64,000 nt of DNA from a virus, in IMG/VR virus record IMGVR_UViG_3300027743_000002, positions 1 to 64,000 of that record. One strand, written 5' to 3'. The position numbers and the translations under genes are program-made. Each line of letters starts with the position of its first letter. The first letter of the stretch is position 1. The notes under the pieces were generated by a model, which saw only the letters and a program-made list of their open reading frames with translations, made no database searches and had not been told where the DNA came from. Below, piece after piece: positions 46,434 to 55,960 of the stretch.

Positions 46434-46787
46434 TTACGTTTCTTTGATGGTTATATCGTGTAAGGCTCGCATGAGTTTCGCTTTCAGTTTGTACGCGGGA
46501 GTTTTCACGCCTTTGCAGTCCTCAACCACAACCACGTCGTTCTCCCAATACATGAAGTCGGCAAAATAGTTGCAGATGTGGTAGCCGTTAATGTCGAGTG
46601 AAAACTTGACTTGGGTTTGCAGACCCTTGATTGCTTTGCCGCGCTCAAGGAGTTTGAGTTCTGAGTAACGCCGCGCTTCCTTGCGAGAAGCAAAGATAAT
46701 TCCATCAACTTCCGTCTTGATTGCGCTGTATTTGTTGAAGGACGAGGGGCGGGACGAGAAGCCCGCGCTTTTCGATGATGTTTTCAA
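46434..46787 (-). CDS. DUF1064-like PD-(D/E)XK endonuclease
   Basis: NKYSA.KTEVDGI.FAS.KEA..YFADF.Y..VVEDCKG. Confidence 0.8.
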   Translation of the reverse strand: MKTSSKSAGFSSRPSSFNKYSAIKTEVDGIIFASRKEARRYSELKLLERGKAIKGLQTQVKFSLDINGYHICNYFADFMYWENDVVVVEDCKGVKTPAYKLKAKLMRALHDITIKET

Positions 46788-47157
46788 CCGTTTGCTCCAT
46801 TTCTTCGTGGCTCATTTTTTCATCTAAAATTCCGTGACAATGAAGACAACCAAGACAGACGCGCCAAATGTCTAAGTCTTGCATCTTGCGACGTTTCTTG
46901 GAGTGACAGAACGAGAGTCCATCATTGAACCAACAGCCGCGCATCTTGAGTTCGCAGGTCGTGATTCCCGCCCACTCGAAACGCTTCTTTAACTCCTTAC
47001 GAACCTTAATCCACGCACTGCCCTTCTTACCTATCGCCCGCAAGGTCGATTTCGGGCGTTCAGCGGCGGCTACAGACGTTTTCAGCACAGATCGTGAGCG
47101 CAAGGGCGTGTTTCGGCTCAAAGGCGTTTGAGAGCGTTTAATGGGGCTGCGTTTCAA
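46705..47157 (-). CDS. NinG/HNH-like small protein
   Basis: Basic MKRSPIKRS leader; CE..C..H..CLHCH. Confidence 0.55.
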   Translation of the reverse strand: MKRSPIKRSQTPLSRNTPLRSRSVLKTSVAAAERPKSTLRAIGKKGSAWIKVRKELKKRFEWAGITTCELKMRGCWFNDGLSFCHSKKRRKMQDLDIWRVCLGCLHCHGILDEKMSHEEMEQTVENIIEKRGLLVPPLVLQQIQRNQDGS

Positions 47158-47339
47158 ATCTAAACTCTCCTTCCATTAGGTAAGCTAACTCTGTGTCTCC
47201 CGTATCAACTCAATAGCGGCTACTGCCCCTGCATACGACCATGAGTAGCAAAGAAATTCGTGGTGGAAGTACACCGCCCACGATAATACTGAAGTTCCAT
47301 CGTGGTAAGGGTAGTTCTGAGGTCTGATGGTGAAGTAGT

Positions 47340-47552
47340 TCATGCGGTTTTAGGGATGTAGTATTCAGCGTAGCGTTCGCCGCGCTTCTCAATCATTTCG
47401 GTTTTGATCGTCCAACCCGCTTTCCGCAATTCAAAAACTGCGCCCCCAACATTCCAAAGCCGAAATCTACGGAGAGCACACTGTTTACTCAAGCGGTCGC
47501 CCGCAAGTAGCGCGGCGAGAAACTTTTGTCTCTTAGCTTTCTTATCACTCAT
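47340..47552 (-). CDS. Winged HTH protein
   Basis: LLAGDRLS..A..F..GGAVFELRKAGWTIKT..RYAEY. Confidence 0.7.
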   Translation of the reverse strand: MSDKKAKRQKFLAALLAGDRLSKQCALRRFRLWNVGGAVFELRKAGWTIKTEMIEKRGERYAEYYIPKTA

Positions 47553-47812
47553 TCCCCAATCTCCTTTGCATCTAAAATGCTGTCTTCTACTTCACAAGGT
47601 TCTATCTCGCACTGTAGGTCTAACCATGACTCCGCGATATGCCCCAAATCACTCAACTCAAGTCCGAGATAGCCCATTAAACAAGCCACCATGTACCACC
47701 GATTAGAAATACACGAACCTTCGTGAGCGTCGGTACACGTCTCATCGTGTCGGTCAGCGTCCTCCGCGAGCGCGGTCATGTGGTCTATGATTGGTTTCAT
47801 TGGCATCCTCAT
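47549..47812 (-). CDS. Hypothetical protein
   Basis: Overlap-coupled in leftward operon. Confidence 0.55.
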   Translation of the reverse strand: MRMPMKPIIDHMTALAEDADRHDETCTDAHEGSCISNRWYMVACLMGYLGLELSDLGHIAESWLDLQCEIEPCEVEDSILDAKEIGE

Positions 47813-47904
47813 TCAAAGATTTAACGGAAGGGGCGATCAATCGGCCTTGTCAAGAGAGCCTTGGGATACCCCTTCCGCTCAGACCGTCTTTTCACGGTCA
47901 GAGT

Positions 47905-48105
47905 TCATTTCTTTCCTAATCCCGCGCCTTCGCTCTTTCTCAAAATATCATCGACTCTCAACGCGGGGCGAATAACTTCAAGATGTTGATTGACTAGCGG
48001 CTGAGATATGCCCTTTGCGAGCGCGGATTTGACCGCTGAACGCGCTATGTCTCGTGGATGGGGCTTCTCACTATCAACGACTCTTAATCTTGGTTTAGCG
48101 GGCAT
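47905..48105 (-). CDS. Hypothetical protein
   Basis: 66 aa, SD GGAG. Confidence 0.55.
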   Translation of the reverse strand: MPAKPRLRVVDSEKPHPRDIARSAVKSALAKGISQPLVNQHLEVIRPALRVDDILRKSEGAGLGKK

Positions 48106-48108
48106 CTG

Positions 48109-48921
48109 TTACTCCTTCTCTGCTGAACGAGCAGCGGCCAACTTACAAACACAGCAAACGGTTGATCCGAGACATAGGCCACAAGGAATGTGCAATAGCA
48201 TTTCGCACTTCACACACTTGCTGCTGGCTGAGTCAGGCTGAGACGCTGCTGGTAGTAATGCCATAGCACGAACGAGTCGAAAGGCATCCATGATAATGTC
48301 CGCACTTGGACAATCGCCGCCCTTAGCTGTTTCGGTGCAAATGGCATCCCACGTTGCTTGAGCCAAACGAAAATCTCCACGCTCACTAACTAAACAGTTT
48401 TGATGCACCCCAAAGATTCCGCTGGTTATTGATTCTGGTAATGGCTTACCACAAATTGAACAGTCGTCCGCTACTTCAGTTAGTGGCACTTGGTGTTCAT
48501 CAATGGCCCTTTCAGCGACTTGGGCTATATCATCACAAAGCATAACTAACTGTGGGCCAGTCAACGGCTGTAATCCATCAATGATGCCAATTCTAATTGC
48601 AGCATTCGCTATCGCCTCACCGAGTTTGGCTGAGTCAGCGGGAGCGGGTGTATTAGCGACAACGACTGGAGCGGTTCCGCCTAGAAGGTTCCGAAGCGCA
48701 TCAATCTCATCCCACGGGATGCTAATTGCTTTTCGCGCATCGTCCCGATTGATTAGCCGGATGCTGTGACCTTCGTTCCGGAGCATCACGAAAGAGCGCG
48801 TCAAGAACTTGGATGGGTCGTTGGCGTCAATGGTGTTAATTGCGTTCATCACCTGTCGGCCTTTATCAGCGTCGGTGGTGGCGTCGTCGTCGTTCATTGG
48901 TGGCAGTTGTTCACTCGGCAT
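48109..48921 (-). CDS. Mosaic hypothetical protein with Cys clusters
   Basis: 270 aa, coupled to upstream stop. Confidence 0.65.
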   Translation of the reverse strand: MPSEQLPPMNDDDATTDADKGRQVMNAINTIDANDPSKFLTRSFVMLRNEGHSIRLINRDDARKAISIPWDEIDALRNLLGGTAPVVVANTPAPADSAKLGEAIANAAIRIGIIDGLQPLTGPQLVMLCDDIAQVAERAIDEHQVPLTEVADDCSICGKPLPESITSGIFGVHQNCLVSERGDFRLAQATWDAICTETAKGGDCPSADIIMDAFRLVRAMALLPAASQPDSASSKCVKCEMLLHIPCGLCLGSTVCCVCKLAAARSAEKE

Positions 48922-49788
48922 TTACTTCTCCTTTTCGGCTGCAAGGGTAATGGACTCAAGGTTCTTTCCACAGAAGGGGCAGAATGAGCTACCCGCATAG
49001 GGCGGGTTTAGATTATTTCTTCCGCACTCAGTCGCCCAAAACTCCAACACTCGGTTGCGTGGCCCACAGTCACCGTCACATTCATGTTCACCAAGCTGAG
49101 TCCAGGTACACCGCTTCATTGCTTCTCCTGCACCAGCGGGAGCGGCTGCTAGGTGGCGGGAGAGAATCGCTTCTGCGTTACGCGCTAAGTTTCCAATCTT
49201 CAACAACGCTTCATACCGCACCTGCGGGTCGGGGTTTTCCTCGCACGAATAGCAGGCAAAGTCATTGATACGCTGTAAGGCTTTCAGTACCTCTGCGGGA
49301 GCGTCTACTGTAGTTGCTGGTACAGGGGGAAGGGTGGCGAGTGCGCGCTGAGTGTTATCGAGTTTTTGCCGAGCTTCCCATTCAGGGATTTCAACGTAGC
49401 TATAACCATCCGTGTAAGTTGGCCCAATGGTTCCGGCCTTAGTTTTAATGGCATTGGCGAGCCGAAAGGAAAGCCACGCCTCGAAATCCCGTAAAGTCGA
49501 TAACGGCGAGTCTTCTCTACTAATCACGTCTCCTGCTACTGGGGAGCGGGCGAGAAACGATTGCTCTAACTCCCACGCGACACAGGCGGCGCGGCGCAAG
49601 ATGTTTAGCAAGTGCGTGTCGCAGCGGAAGCCTCTCGATTCTTCGTCCATGAAGTACCTCAGACCGCGAAGAAACTCGACAAGTGAACAATCAAGGCGTC
49701 CTATCGCGCACGTTCCTGCCATAACCGACTCGACTGTTTCCCGCTCCGGTGCTGGTTGGTTATCTGTATGAGATTCTTTGGCTTTCAT
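48922..49788 (-). CDS. Mosaic hypothetical protein; N-terminus supplied by the TnpB element end
   Basis: C-terminal WATECG..FCPFCGK; see finding. Confidence 0.65.
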   Translation of the reverse strand: MKAKESHTDNQPAPERETVESVMAGTCAIGRLDCSLVEFLRGLRYFMDEESRGFRCDTHLLNILRRAACVAWELEQSFLARSPVAGDVISREDSPLSTLRDFEAWLSFRLANAIKTKAGTIGPTYTDGYSYVEIPEWEARQKLDNTQRALATLPPVPATTVDAPAEVLKALQRINDFACYSCEENPDPQVRYEALLKIGNLARNAEAILSRHLAAAPAGAGEAMKRCTWTQLGEHECDGDCGPRNRVLEFWATECGRNNLNPPYAGSSFCPFCGKNLESITLAAEKEK

Positions 49789-50895
49789 AAATTAAAGATT
49801 TCAGATGGCAATCGCTTGCCTCTCGTGGCTTCCTCCAAGCCCGACAATGAGCGTGTTAATCGCGGCATTGATGTCGCGGTCGTGCTCAGTTCCACATTGA
49901 GCGCACTCCCACTCTCTTACCTTCAAGCCTGCCAGTCCGGTAGGCCCAGATAAGCACCCACAAGCCGAACAAGTCTTGGTGGAATTTCTGGAATCAACTT
50001 CGACGTAAACCCCAAGGCCGTCTGTACGACGCTTGCTCTTGTAGGAAAGCATTTGTCGAAGTTGAGCGTGTCCTGAACTAGCTACACTCTTACCGAAGCG
50101 TTTTGCTATTGATTTGTGTCTGTCTGCGCTAAAGGCAATGAGCTGATTCTCGGCAATCAATCTGCGCGACAGTTTGTGATTACGATCTTTACGTTGGTTC
50201 GCTATGCGCTCTTGAAGTCGAGATGTGAACTTCCTGTTACGCCCACGCTGCGACTGAGACAAACGCTTAGCGGACGCTTCCAGTTCTCGCGGATGCTCTA
50301 CGACCTCACCGTCTGACAGCGTGAGCAGCGAACTAAAGCCTGGATCAATTCCAACGCAGCCATCGGCGGTTGCAAAAATAGCGTCACCGTCTGCCTTGAT
50401 GAATAAACAGGCGTACCACCCCGATGCCCTTTTCACCAAACGAAATTGACTAATCTGCCCTTCGGGTATCTCTTGCTTGTGAAAGCGAATCCGGCCTAAC
50501 CGGACAACGCTCAATCGGCCATCTATAACCTTCACCCCGTGAGCAAACGGAATCGAGTTAAACCTATTCCGTCGCCCCTTCAGTCGGGGCTTACGTGAAA
50601 CCTTCTTGAAGCAACGCCGCCAAGATGTGTGGGCAGACCAGAGAGTTCCGCAGATCGCGTCTTGCGCTACGTCCATCTTTGGCCCATGACTGTTTAGCAG
50701 GTTTCTAAAGTCCAGCGACGAGTAGTAAATACAGTCCCGCGAATCGTGCTCAATCTTCTTGATGGCCCAGTTCCAGACCGAACCCAAGTGACGTAGCCAA
50801 TGGCCTAGTCGTCGCTCTTGGCGTGGGGTGGGTCTAAGCTTTAACTGAATCTGAATCATGGTGCGTGATTATCTCAAAAAGATTTTCGTTCCTGA
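49769..50895 (-). mobile_element. TnpB-only element bounded by a 12-bp direct repeat
   Basis: tggttatctgta at 49757-49768 and 50896-50907; no tnpA in the window. Confidence 0.6.
49801..50859 (-). CDS. tnpB: RNA-guided endonuclease TnpB
   Basis: KLRPTPRQ..VWNW; GIDPG; TKTCSACG..WECAQCGTEHDRDINAAIN. Confidence 0.92.
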   Translation of the reverse strand: MIQIQLKLRPTPRQERRLGHWLRHLGSVWNWAIKKIEHDSRDCIYYSSLDFRNLLNSHGPKMDVAQDAICGTLWSAHTSWRRCFKKVSRKPRLKGRRNRFNSIPFAHGVKVIDGRLSVVRLGRIRFHKQEIPEGQISQFRLVKRASGWYACLFIKADGDAIFATADGCVGIDPGFSSLLTLSDGEVVEHPRELEASAKRLSQSQRGRNRKFTSRLQERIANQRKDRNHKLSRRLIAENQLIAFSADRHKSIAKRFGKSVASSGHAQLRQMLSYKSKRRTDGLGVYVEVDSRNSTKTCSACGCLSGPTGLAGLKVREWECAQCGTEHDRDINAAINTLIVGLGGSHERQAIAI

Positions 50896-50908
50896 TGGTT
50901 ATCTGTAG

Positions 50909-51082
50909 TCATTTAGTAGGTGTCCTTTCACCGACTGGCAACTTAGGACGCGAATCAACGCGTTTGTACGGCTTTCGTCTGCGATTTTGGCGACAAAAGT
51001 CTTGGGTGTGCCGAATTACCATCAAGCGATTATCGCTATCGTAAACCTCTCCACATTTCCAACACTTCACCTGTTCACTCAT
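50909..51082 (-). CDS. Small Zn-finger-like protein (57 aa, not in ORF track)
   Basis: MSEQVKCWKCGEVY..H..C; ends in an ATGA overlap. Confidence 0.55.
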   Translation of the reverse strand: MSEQVKCWKCGEVYDSDNRLMVIRHTQDFCRQNRRRKPYKRVDSRPKLPVGERTPTK

Positions 51083-51397
51083 CTACTTTTCCTTTCCTGC
51101 TGCTGCGGTTTCAAGTTCAGCTAACACCCTGTTAATTACTTCAGTTGCGTTTGGCCCCCATGCTCGGTCATGTATCTGCTTTTTGAACTTCAACGCGAAG
51201 GCTTGCAACCGCTTCTGTTCCTTTGCTCGCTCTGCTGCTAGAGCGGCTGAGATAGCGTCGATTAAGTCGGTCGCGCACTGACCGTTCGGATTTAACCGTG
51301 CGAGATAACGATAGCCCTCGTGCCAGTTCTCCACTATTGCTTTCGCTGTTGCTCTATCTTCATCGTTAGGTGTAGCCATTAGCGTCTTGCCTCCCAT
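51083..51397 (-). CDS. Hypothetical protein
   Basis: Leftward operon. Confidence 0.55.
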   Translation of the reverse strand: MGGKTLMATPNDEDRATAKAIVENWHEGYRYLARLNPNGQCATDLIDAISAALAAERAKEQKRLQAFALKFKKQIHDRAWGPNATEVINRVLAELETAAAGKEK

Positions 51398-51580
51398 TCT
51401 TCTTTCGGATTGTCGTAATTGACACCGTGTCGACTAGCTGTCTCTCTGCGCTTGCCGTCCAACTCTCTCATCAATAATTGAGTCGCTTTCCAAGTCGGAG
51501 CATTTGAATCAATGGTGCGTACTCACTGAGCAACGATTTGGTCAGACGCGCATAAGTCCCCGCTTTTAACTCGGATGGTT

Positions 51581-51937
51581 TCAATTCTCAATCCTCCCTG
51601 TAATCTGTTCCACCAAGCGGATGTTCTTATTCCCTATGTACTCTTGAGCCTGGACAAGTAGCTCGCGGAGTTCGTCATTTTCCTTCGCTACTTCTGCCAG
51701 CATTTCCTTTTCTCGCTCCGCACGAGTTTCTAAAGTTCTCACTAGGTCGTCACGCTGCTTGCGGAGTTCGGCGTTCTCAGCACGTTGGCGGCGTATCTCT
51801 GCTATGAGAGCGGGAACGTCAGATTCGATTAAGGTTCGAGCCGCAAGTTCCGGCAAGTCCATTTCCACCTTTGATTGCCGCCCTTCAATAGCATCTAGGT
51901 CTAGTGCTGCTATAGACTCTGCATTGATGGTGGTCAC
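51581..51937 (-). CDS. Coiled-coil hypothetical protein
   Basis: LDLDAIE..DVPALIAEIRR. Confidence 0.6.
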   Translation of the reverse strand: MTTINAESIAALDLDAIEGRQSKVEMDLPELAARTLIESDVPALIAEIRRQRAENAELRKQRDDLVRTLETRAEREKEMLAEVAKENDELRELLVQAQEYIGNKNIRLVEQITGRIEN

Positions 51938-52236
51938 GATTGAGACTCCTTCACGAGTTCGAGAATGTGTTTGGGCTTATCGTGCATATCGAGGTTGAAA
52001 CAAAGCCCTTGCGTGGCAAACTTATTTCTCAGCATGAACCGATAAAGTTCGTCTTGGGTTATGTCTGCGACCGTCACGCCAAATCGGTATTCGTGAATCT
52101 CATCTGAGCCATCTTCAAATACAGCATTGGGCCACTGACTACGCAAGCGGGCGATCAGATCGTCGTAGTCGGCCTTGTCTTCGCAGTAAATAAGATCGTG
52201 CGCCCGCGCTTCTTCCACTGTTACCTGCTCGCTCAT
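51934..52236 (-). CDS. Hypothetical protein
   Basis: SD GGAG; overlap-coupled. Confidence 0.6.
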   Translation of the reverse strand: MSEQVTVEEARAHDLIYCEDKADYDDLIARLRSQWPNAVFEDGSDEIHEYRFGVTVADITQDELYRFMLRNKFATQGLCFNLDMHDKPKHILELVKESQS

Positions 52237-52260
52237 TCCCTCTCCTTCGGCTTGTAGAGT

Positions 52261-52476
52261 TCAGCCTAAGTCCTTTAACGCGGACTGAAATTTATCCACA
52301 AGGGTTGCGTTCCAATCCCATCGTCCGGTTTCCAGCGATGAGAGCCGTGCCTTGCTGATGCCCATGCGGGCGGCAACCTCAGTCAGCGTTTTCTTGGCCC
52401 GCTCCCGCTTGGCCCTGAGTTCTTGTGGACAAGGAAGCGAGCCTTTGCCCCCGCAGTATTTACAAGTAATTCTCAT
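52261..52476 (-). CDS. XRE-family HTH regulator
   Basis: LRAKRE..TLTEVAARMGISKARLSSLETG. Confidence 0.8.
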   Translation of the reverse strand: MRITCKYCGGKGSLPCPQELRAKRERAKKTLTEVAARMGISKARLSSLETGRWDWNATLVDKFQSALKDLG

Positions 52477-52883
52477 TTTGCTTTTGGCCCCGCAGCGGCG
52501 ACGGTTTTGTACTCAAGTCCCCATCCGTACTTAGCCGCGTCTCCGTGCCATGCTTCCGCAACCTCATACAAAGTTTCGATGAACAGTGGCCCATGCGGAC
52601 GACGCGCACCGCTCCGCGTGCGTCCGTAACCATTGCGTTTGAAGTTCAGCAAGTGAGCGAACTCATGCAAGAGCAAGTTAGTTGTGCCAATCCACGAACG
52701 CGCACCCGCAAAGATTGTCCATTGTTCTAACTTCGCGTGTCCCCGAACTCCGTCGATAGACCATGCCAAGTTGGGCATTGGGACATTGAAGTGAACCGCG
52801 AGTATCGCTAACAACTCTAAGGCCTCCGTCTTGAGTAAGCGGTCTCCCGTGCGCTTGAATTCCCGTTCTTGTTGTCGTGTCAT
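52473..52883 (-). CDS. SprT-like zinc metallopeptidase
   Basis: LLHEFAHL...HGPLF. Confidence 0.7.
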   Translation of the reverse strand: MTRQQEREFKRTGDRLLKTEALELLAILAVHFNVPMPNLAWSIDGVRGHAKLEQWTIFAGARSWIGTTNLLLHEFAHLLNFKRNGYGRTRSGARRPHGPLFIETLYEVAEAWHGDAAKYGWGLEYKTVAAAGPKAK

Positions 52884-53024
52884 TTATCTTTCCTTCTCTG
52901 AAAGATTGTTTCAATGTTCACAGATAGTATAACACGGCTGTCAATACCCCTTGCGCTGAAAGTGGCTGAATTAAGAGTGGAAAGTGTAAATTCATTGAGC
53001 AAAGTTGCATTGAAAATAAATTTC

Positions 53025-53345
53025 TCACCAACATTTCCAAGCGAACGTGCGCTCTGCTTTTTTCCAGTATGGAAGTATCAACAGCGGGAGTTCCTTGAAT
53101 TCAACTTGCTGCTCTCGTTCTGCTTCACGGTCATACACGTCTTGTTTGGCTCGTAGCAGAGAGAGTTGATAGTCATGCTCATAGCGGGCTAAGAGGCTGT
53201 GACTTTGTAGATCGTCTGTGCCCCTGGGAGTGGCGCGTTTATTTAGTGGCTCACCACACTCACGGCAGTTGGCTTCATTGGGGGTGGGGACGTGACAGTC
53301 CTTGCATAGCACTAGCATCGGGTTTCTTCTCCTTTGTTGCGGCAT
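53025..53345 (-). CDS. Zn-ribbon hypothetical protein
   Basis: CKDC..CREC. Confidence 0.5.
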   Translation of the reverse strand: MPQQRRRNPMLVLCKDCHVPTPNEANCRECGEPLNKRATPRGTDDLQSHSLLARYEHDYQLSLLRAKQDVYDREAEREQQVEFKELPLLILPYWKKAERTFAWKCW

Positions 53346-53565
53346 CTTTCTTCCAAGCGAGCGCGTAGTACATCTCCGTAGCGTCTTTGGCCGACGACCT
53401 TGTTCTCGCCCAATTCATGCTCATGCAAGGCGATTAGCTGAGTCGTGGCGCGACGGACGTTGGTAGGGGAGCCAAAACAGACTCGCGGGCCTACGTCGAT
53501 GCGGGCTAAGTAGATACTCTGACCACAGACGCGACAGATGTAGGGGTAGTGTGATTTACGGTGTG

Positions 53566-53820
53566 TCATAGAGGTCTCACTTCCGCAGGGAGTCCACAAC
53601 ATTTCGGCCACTTGAGCGCGTACTTGCTCATCTGCTCCGGTGTCTTAGTGCTGGTACGGAAACAGATCGGGCAACTAAGAACTGCGCCTTTGGGCCACGC
53701 TAGTTTCTCAATGTTCTTGAGAGCCTTAGCAGATAAAGCAATGGTCTTTAATGATTCAGGGTTGTTGTTCATATCTTTAGTCAACACGTAACTGTCCGGT
53801 TGCCCGTGCGTAATCATCAA
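53566..53820 (-). CDS. Zn-ribbon hypothetical protein
   Basis: CPIC..WPKCCG. Confidence 0.5.
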   Translation of the reverse strand: MMITHGQPDSYVLTKDMNNNPESLKTIALSAKALKNIEKLAWPKGAVLSCPICFRTSTKTPEQMSKYALKWPKCCGLPAEVRPL

Positions 53821-54082
53821 TCAGCCTAAGAGTGCTTGTCACAGCAAACGTAACCGCTGCGTGAAAAGTTGGATCGTATTCCCACAACCAATGAAATCGG
53901 TTTTGTTGGCCGTCTGGTGCTTGTGGCCCACTTGGGTAACACGCTGCGATTCCTAACCCTATGGCGTAAATCAAATAGCCTTCTAACTCGCGGCGGTTGG
54001 TCGGTGCTTCCGCTCGTTGCTTATCTCGTGCTGCGTTTACTAAGGCTTGCGCGGCTTTTAGATCAAATGGCTCATTGCTCAT
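53777..54082 (-). CDS. Hypothetical protein
   Basis: Overlap-coupled. Confidence 0.55.
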   Translation of the reverse strand: MSNEPFDLKAAQALVNAARDKQRAEAPTNRRELEGYLIYAIGLGIAACYPSGPQAPDGQQNRFHWLWEYDPTFHAAVTFAVTSTLRLIDDYARATGQLRVD

Positions 54083-54417
54083 CTTCCATACCCCGCTATC
54101 TCTCGCGCTTCAGCACTCTCAGCGAGCCTTTGATACTCCGCAAGTTGATGGTCTACTTTCAAGGGGTTGAATGGTTTCCATTTCCCCGACCGCTGCCGAT
54201 AGCCCCAATGCTTCAACACGAAGGCCCAAAGAGTTAAGTCCTTCACGGTCATGTTAATGTCGTAGCGTCTGCCCGCGTTCAAATTTAAGCGGAAGGTGTC
54301 CCGCCAGATTTCCACAGCCTCACTTGAACCGCAGAGGTCGTTAAGGATTTCTTGTTCTTCGTTACGTTGTTCTTGGAGTAGTGATGTTTGCATTTCGTCG
54401 CTGCCTTTCTGCTTCAT
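54079..54417 (-). CDS. Hypothetical protein
   Basis: ATGA overlaps at both ends. Confidence 0.6.
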   Translation of the reverse strand: MKQKGSDEMQTSLLQEQRNEEQEILNDLCGSSEAVEIWRDTFRLNLNAGRRYDINMTVKDLTLWAFVLKHWGYRQRSGKWKPFNPLKVDHQLAEYQRLAESAEAREIAGYGR

Positions 54418-54617
54418 CGTTTACGTGGTTTCGGCCCCGTTTTTGTATTGCGGTCTTTCATCTTCTGAAACTGCATTGGGGTGAACGTCATGGCTCGCCC
54501 AATCCAGCTTGGCTTAATTCGCAACTGCTTGGCGATTTCTCTTACGCGCTTCTGCGTTAGCCCAAGACTGTGAGCAATCATCTGCGTGGTTAAAGACACT
54601 TCGGTATTATAGGACAT
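54414..54617 (-). CDS. Small HTH DNA-binding protein; possibly leaderless from GTG 54599
   Basis: TTQMIAHSLGLTQKRVREIA..GPKP. Confidence 0.6.
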   Translation of the reverse strand: MSYNTEVSLTTQMIAHSLGLTQKRVREIAKQLRIKPSWIGRAMTFTPMQFQKMKDRNTKTGPKPRKR

Positions 54618-54634
54618 TGGCGCACCTAATCCAA
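54606..54634 (-). promoter_or_regulatory. Leftward promoter
   Basis: TTGGAT-17 nt-TATAAT. Confidence 0.55.
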
Positions 54635-55218
54635 GAGGTTATTTAGAATTACCTTGCGTTGAGTTCGAGAAACTTTGTAAAATGCGGGGATTGAAAAGCA
54701 GTAGGGCCGAAATGTAGGTTTATTTACACTCGGCCCCAAGATACCGCCAACGGCAGCGACGCTGTAGCGATGTCCCAATCCTAGCACGACACGGGCATCG
54801 CTACAAGGTTCTTTTAAGTCCCGTGAGCACCTAATATGGCAATGACTAAAATTGCCAGCGTAAAAATCACGGACAAAGTTGAAGGCGGCAACTGATTCAC
54901 TAGCTGAAAAGCAAGCGAGAAACAAAGCGTCTCGCAGAAGGGCAGCGCAGTCAGAACAACCACTTCCTATGCTGATTAAATTCTTCATAGTCTTGCTAGG
55001 CAATCGCCGACGAACCGTGAACCTAGTCCCAAACGTGCAGAGACGCGAGCAATCGTGTCTCTATGGTAAAGAAGGTGGTGTACTCGCACGGTGCATCTTC
55101 AGGGTAAATTCTGACGACGTGAATCGCAAAGAATAAGGCTCCCGTTAAGCAACTACAGTTACCTCTCCTAACTAATCCCGCGCACAAGGGATAAGGGTTC
55201 GGTGCGCTCTCTTGAACT

Positions 55219-55261
55219 GACTGCCCGCCCTTCTTAACGGAGGAGCGGGTAGTCTTGTTTT
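55219..55261 (+). terminator. Hairpin with + strand T-rich tail
   Basis: gactgcccgc..gcgggtagtc then ttgtttt. Confidence 0.5.
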
Positions 55262-55266
55262 ATGCG

Positions 55267-55821
55267 TTAGGTAAATTGCCCATCTCGCGGCATTTTAACT
55301 TCTAAGCCTTCGGACGTTAGTTGAGTAACCATTGACATAGCAAATTCGGTTTCAACAAATCGCTCGGCGTTTTCACGGTTCCAGCCACCGTCCCCGCGAT
55401 ATTGATCCCAAAAGTCTCCATTGGTCACGAGGTAGTCAACTATCTCGGCTTTTGTGGCAAAGGCTGGTGTAACAGGCGTACCCTCAGAAACCGTTTCGTA
55501 CATCTGAAACCAAGTGGCTTCTTCTTCAGTCCACTTTGGACGGTAACCATCTCGCTCTGGTGGTGAGCCGTTCCATTCCCAATAGTAGCGGGTTTCACCG
55601 TCGCCGTATTCAGCGCGATCCGGATCGTCTCCGGCCTCCCATGCTACAAGCCCCGCGATCCATTCTTCTGCGGTTGACTCATAATCTCGGTCATAGAGCG
55701 GGCGAAGACACATACCTCCATTTTTCTTAGCGTCGTCACATCCTCCAGTCCACGGAGAATGTTCGCACTGTTGGCGGGGATGTTCCCAATTCGGTATAAC
55801 CTTGCGGATTTCTCGTCCCAT
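55267..55821 (-). CDS. Hypothetical phage protein
   Basis: MGREIRKV..FQMYETVSEGTPVTPAF; SD AGGAGG. Confidence 0.75.
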   Translation of the reverse strand: MGREIRKVIPNWEHPRQQCEHSPWTGGCDDAKKNGGMCLRPLYDRDYESTAEEWIAGLVAWEAGDDPDRAEYGDGETRYYWEWNGSPPERDGYRPKWTEEEATWFQMYETVSEGTPVTPAFATKAEIVDYLVTNGDFWDQYRGDGGWNRENAERFVETEFAMSMVTQLTSEGLEVKMPRDGQFT

Positions 55822-55960
55822 AACTACCTCCTAATTTGTGATACATAAAGGTTTAACGGAGAGCGGGCTGTCGAGTCTCTAGGGGATTGCGCGGGGTTGA
55901 GTTCTCACCCCAACTAGCGACCGCGAGGTCATTAACGAGACAGTCTCCCGCGCAAACTTG

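Noticed and set aside
52926-52944. TTGACA and TATACT on the minus strand as a -35/-10 pair
   Set aside because: Spacing is only 7 nt; at most an extended -10 promoter
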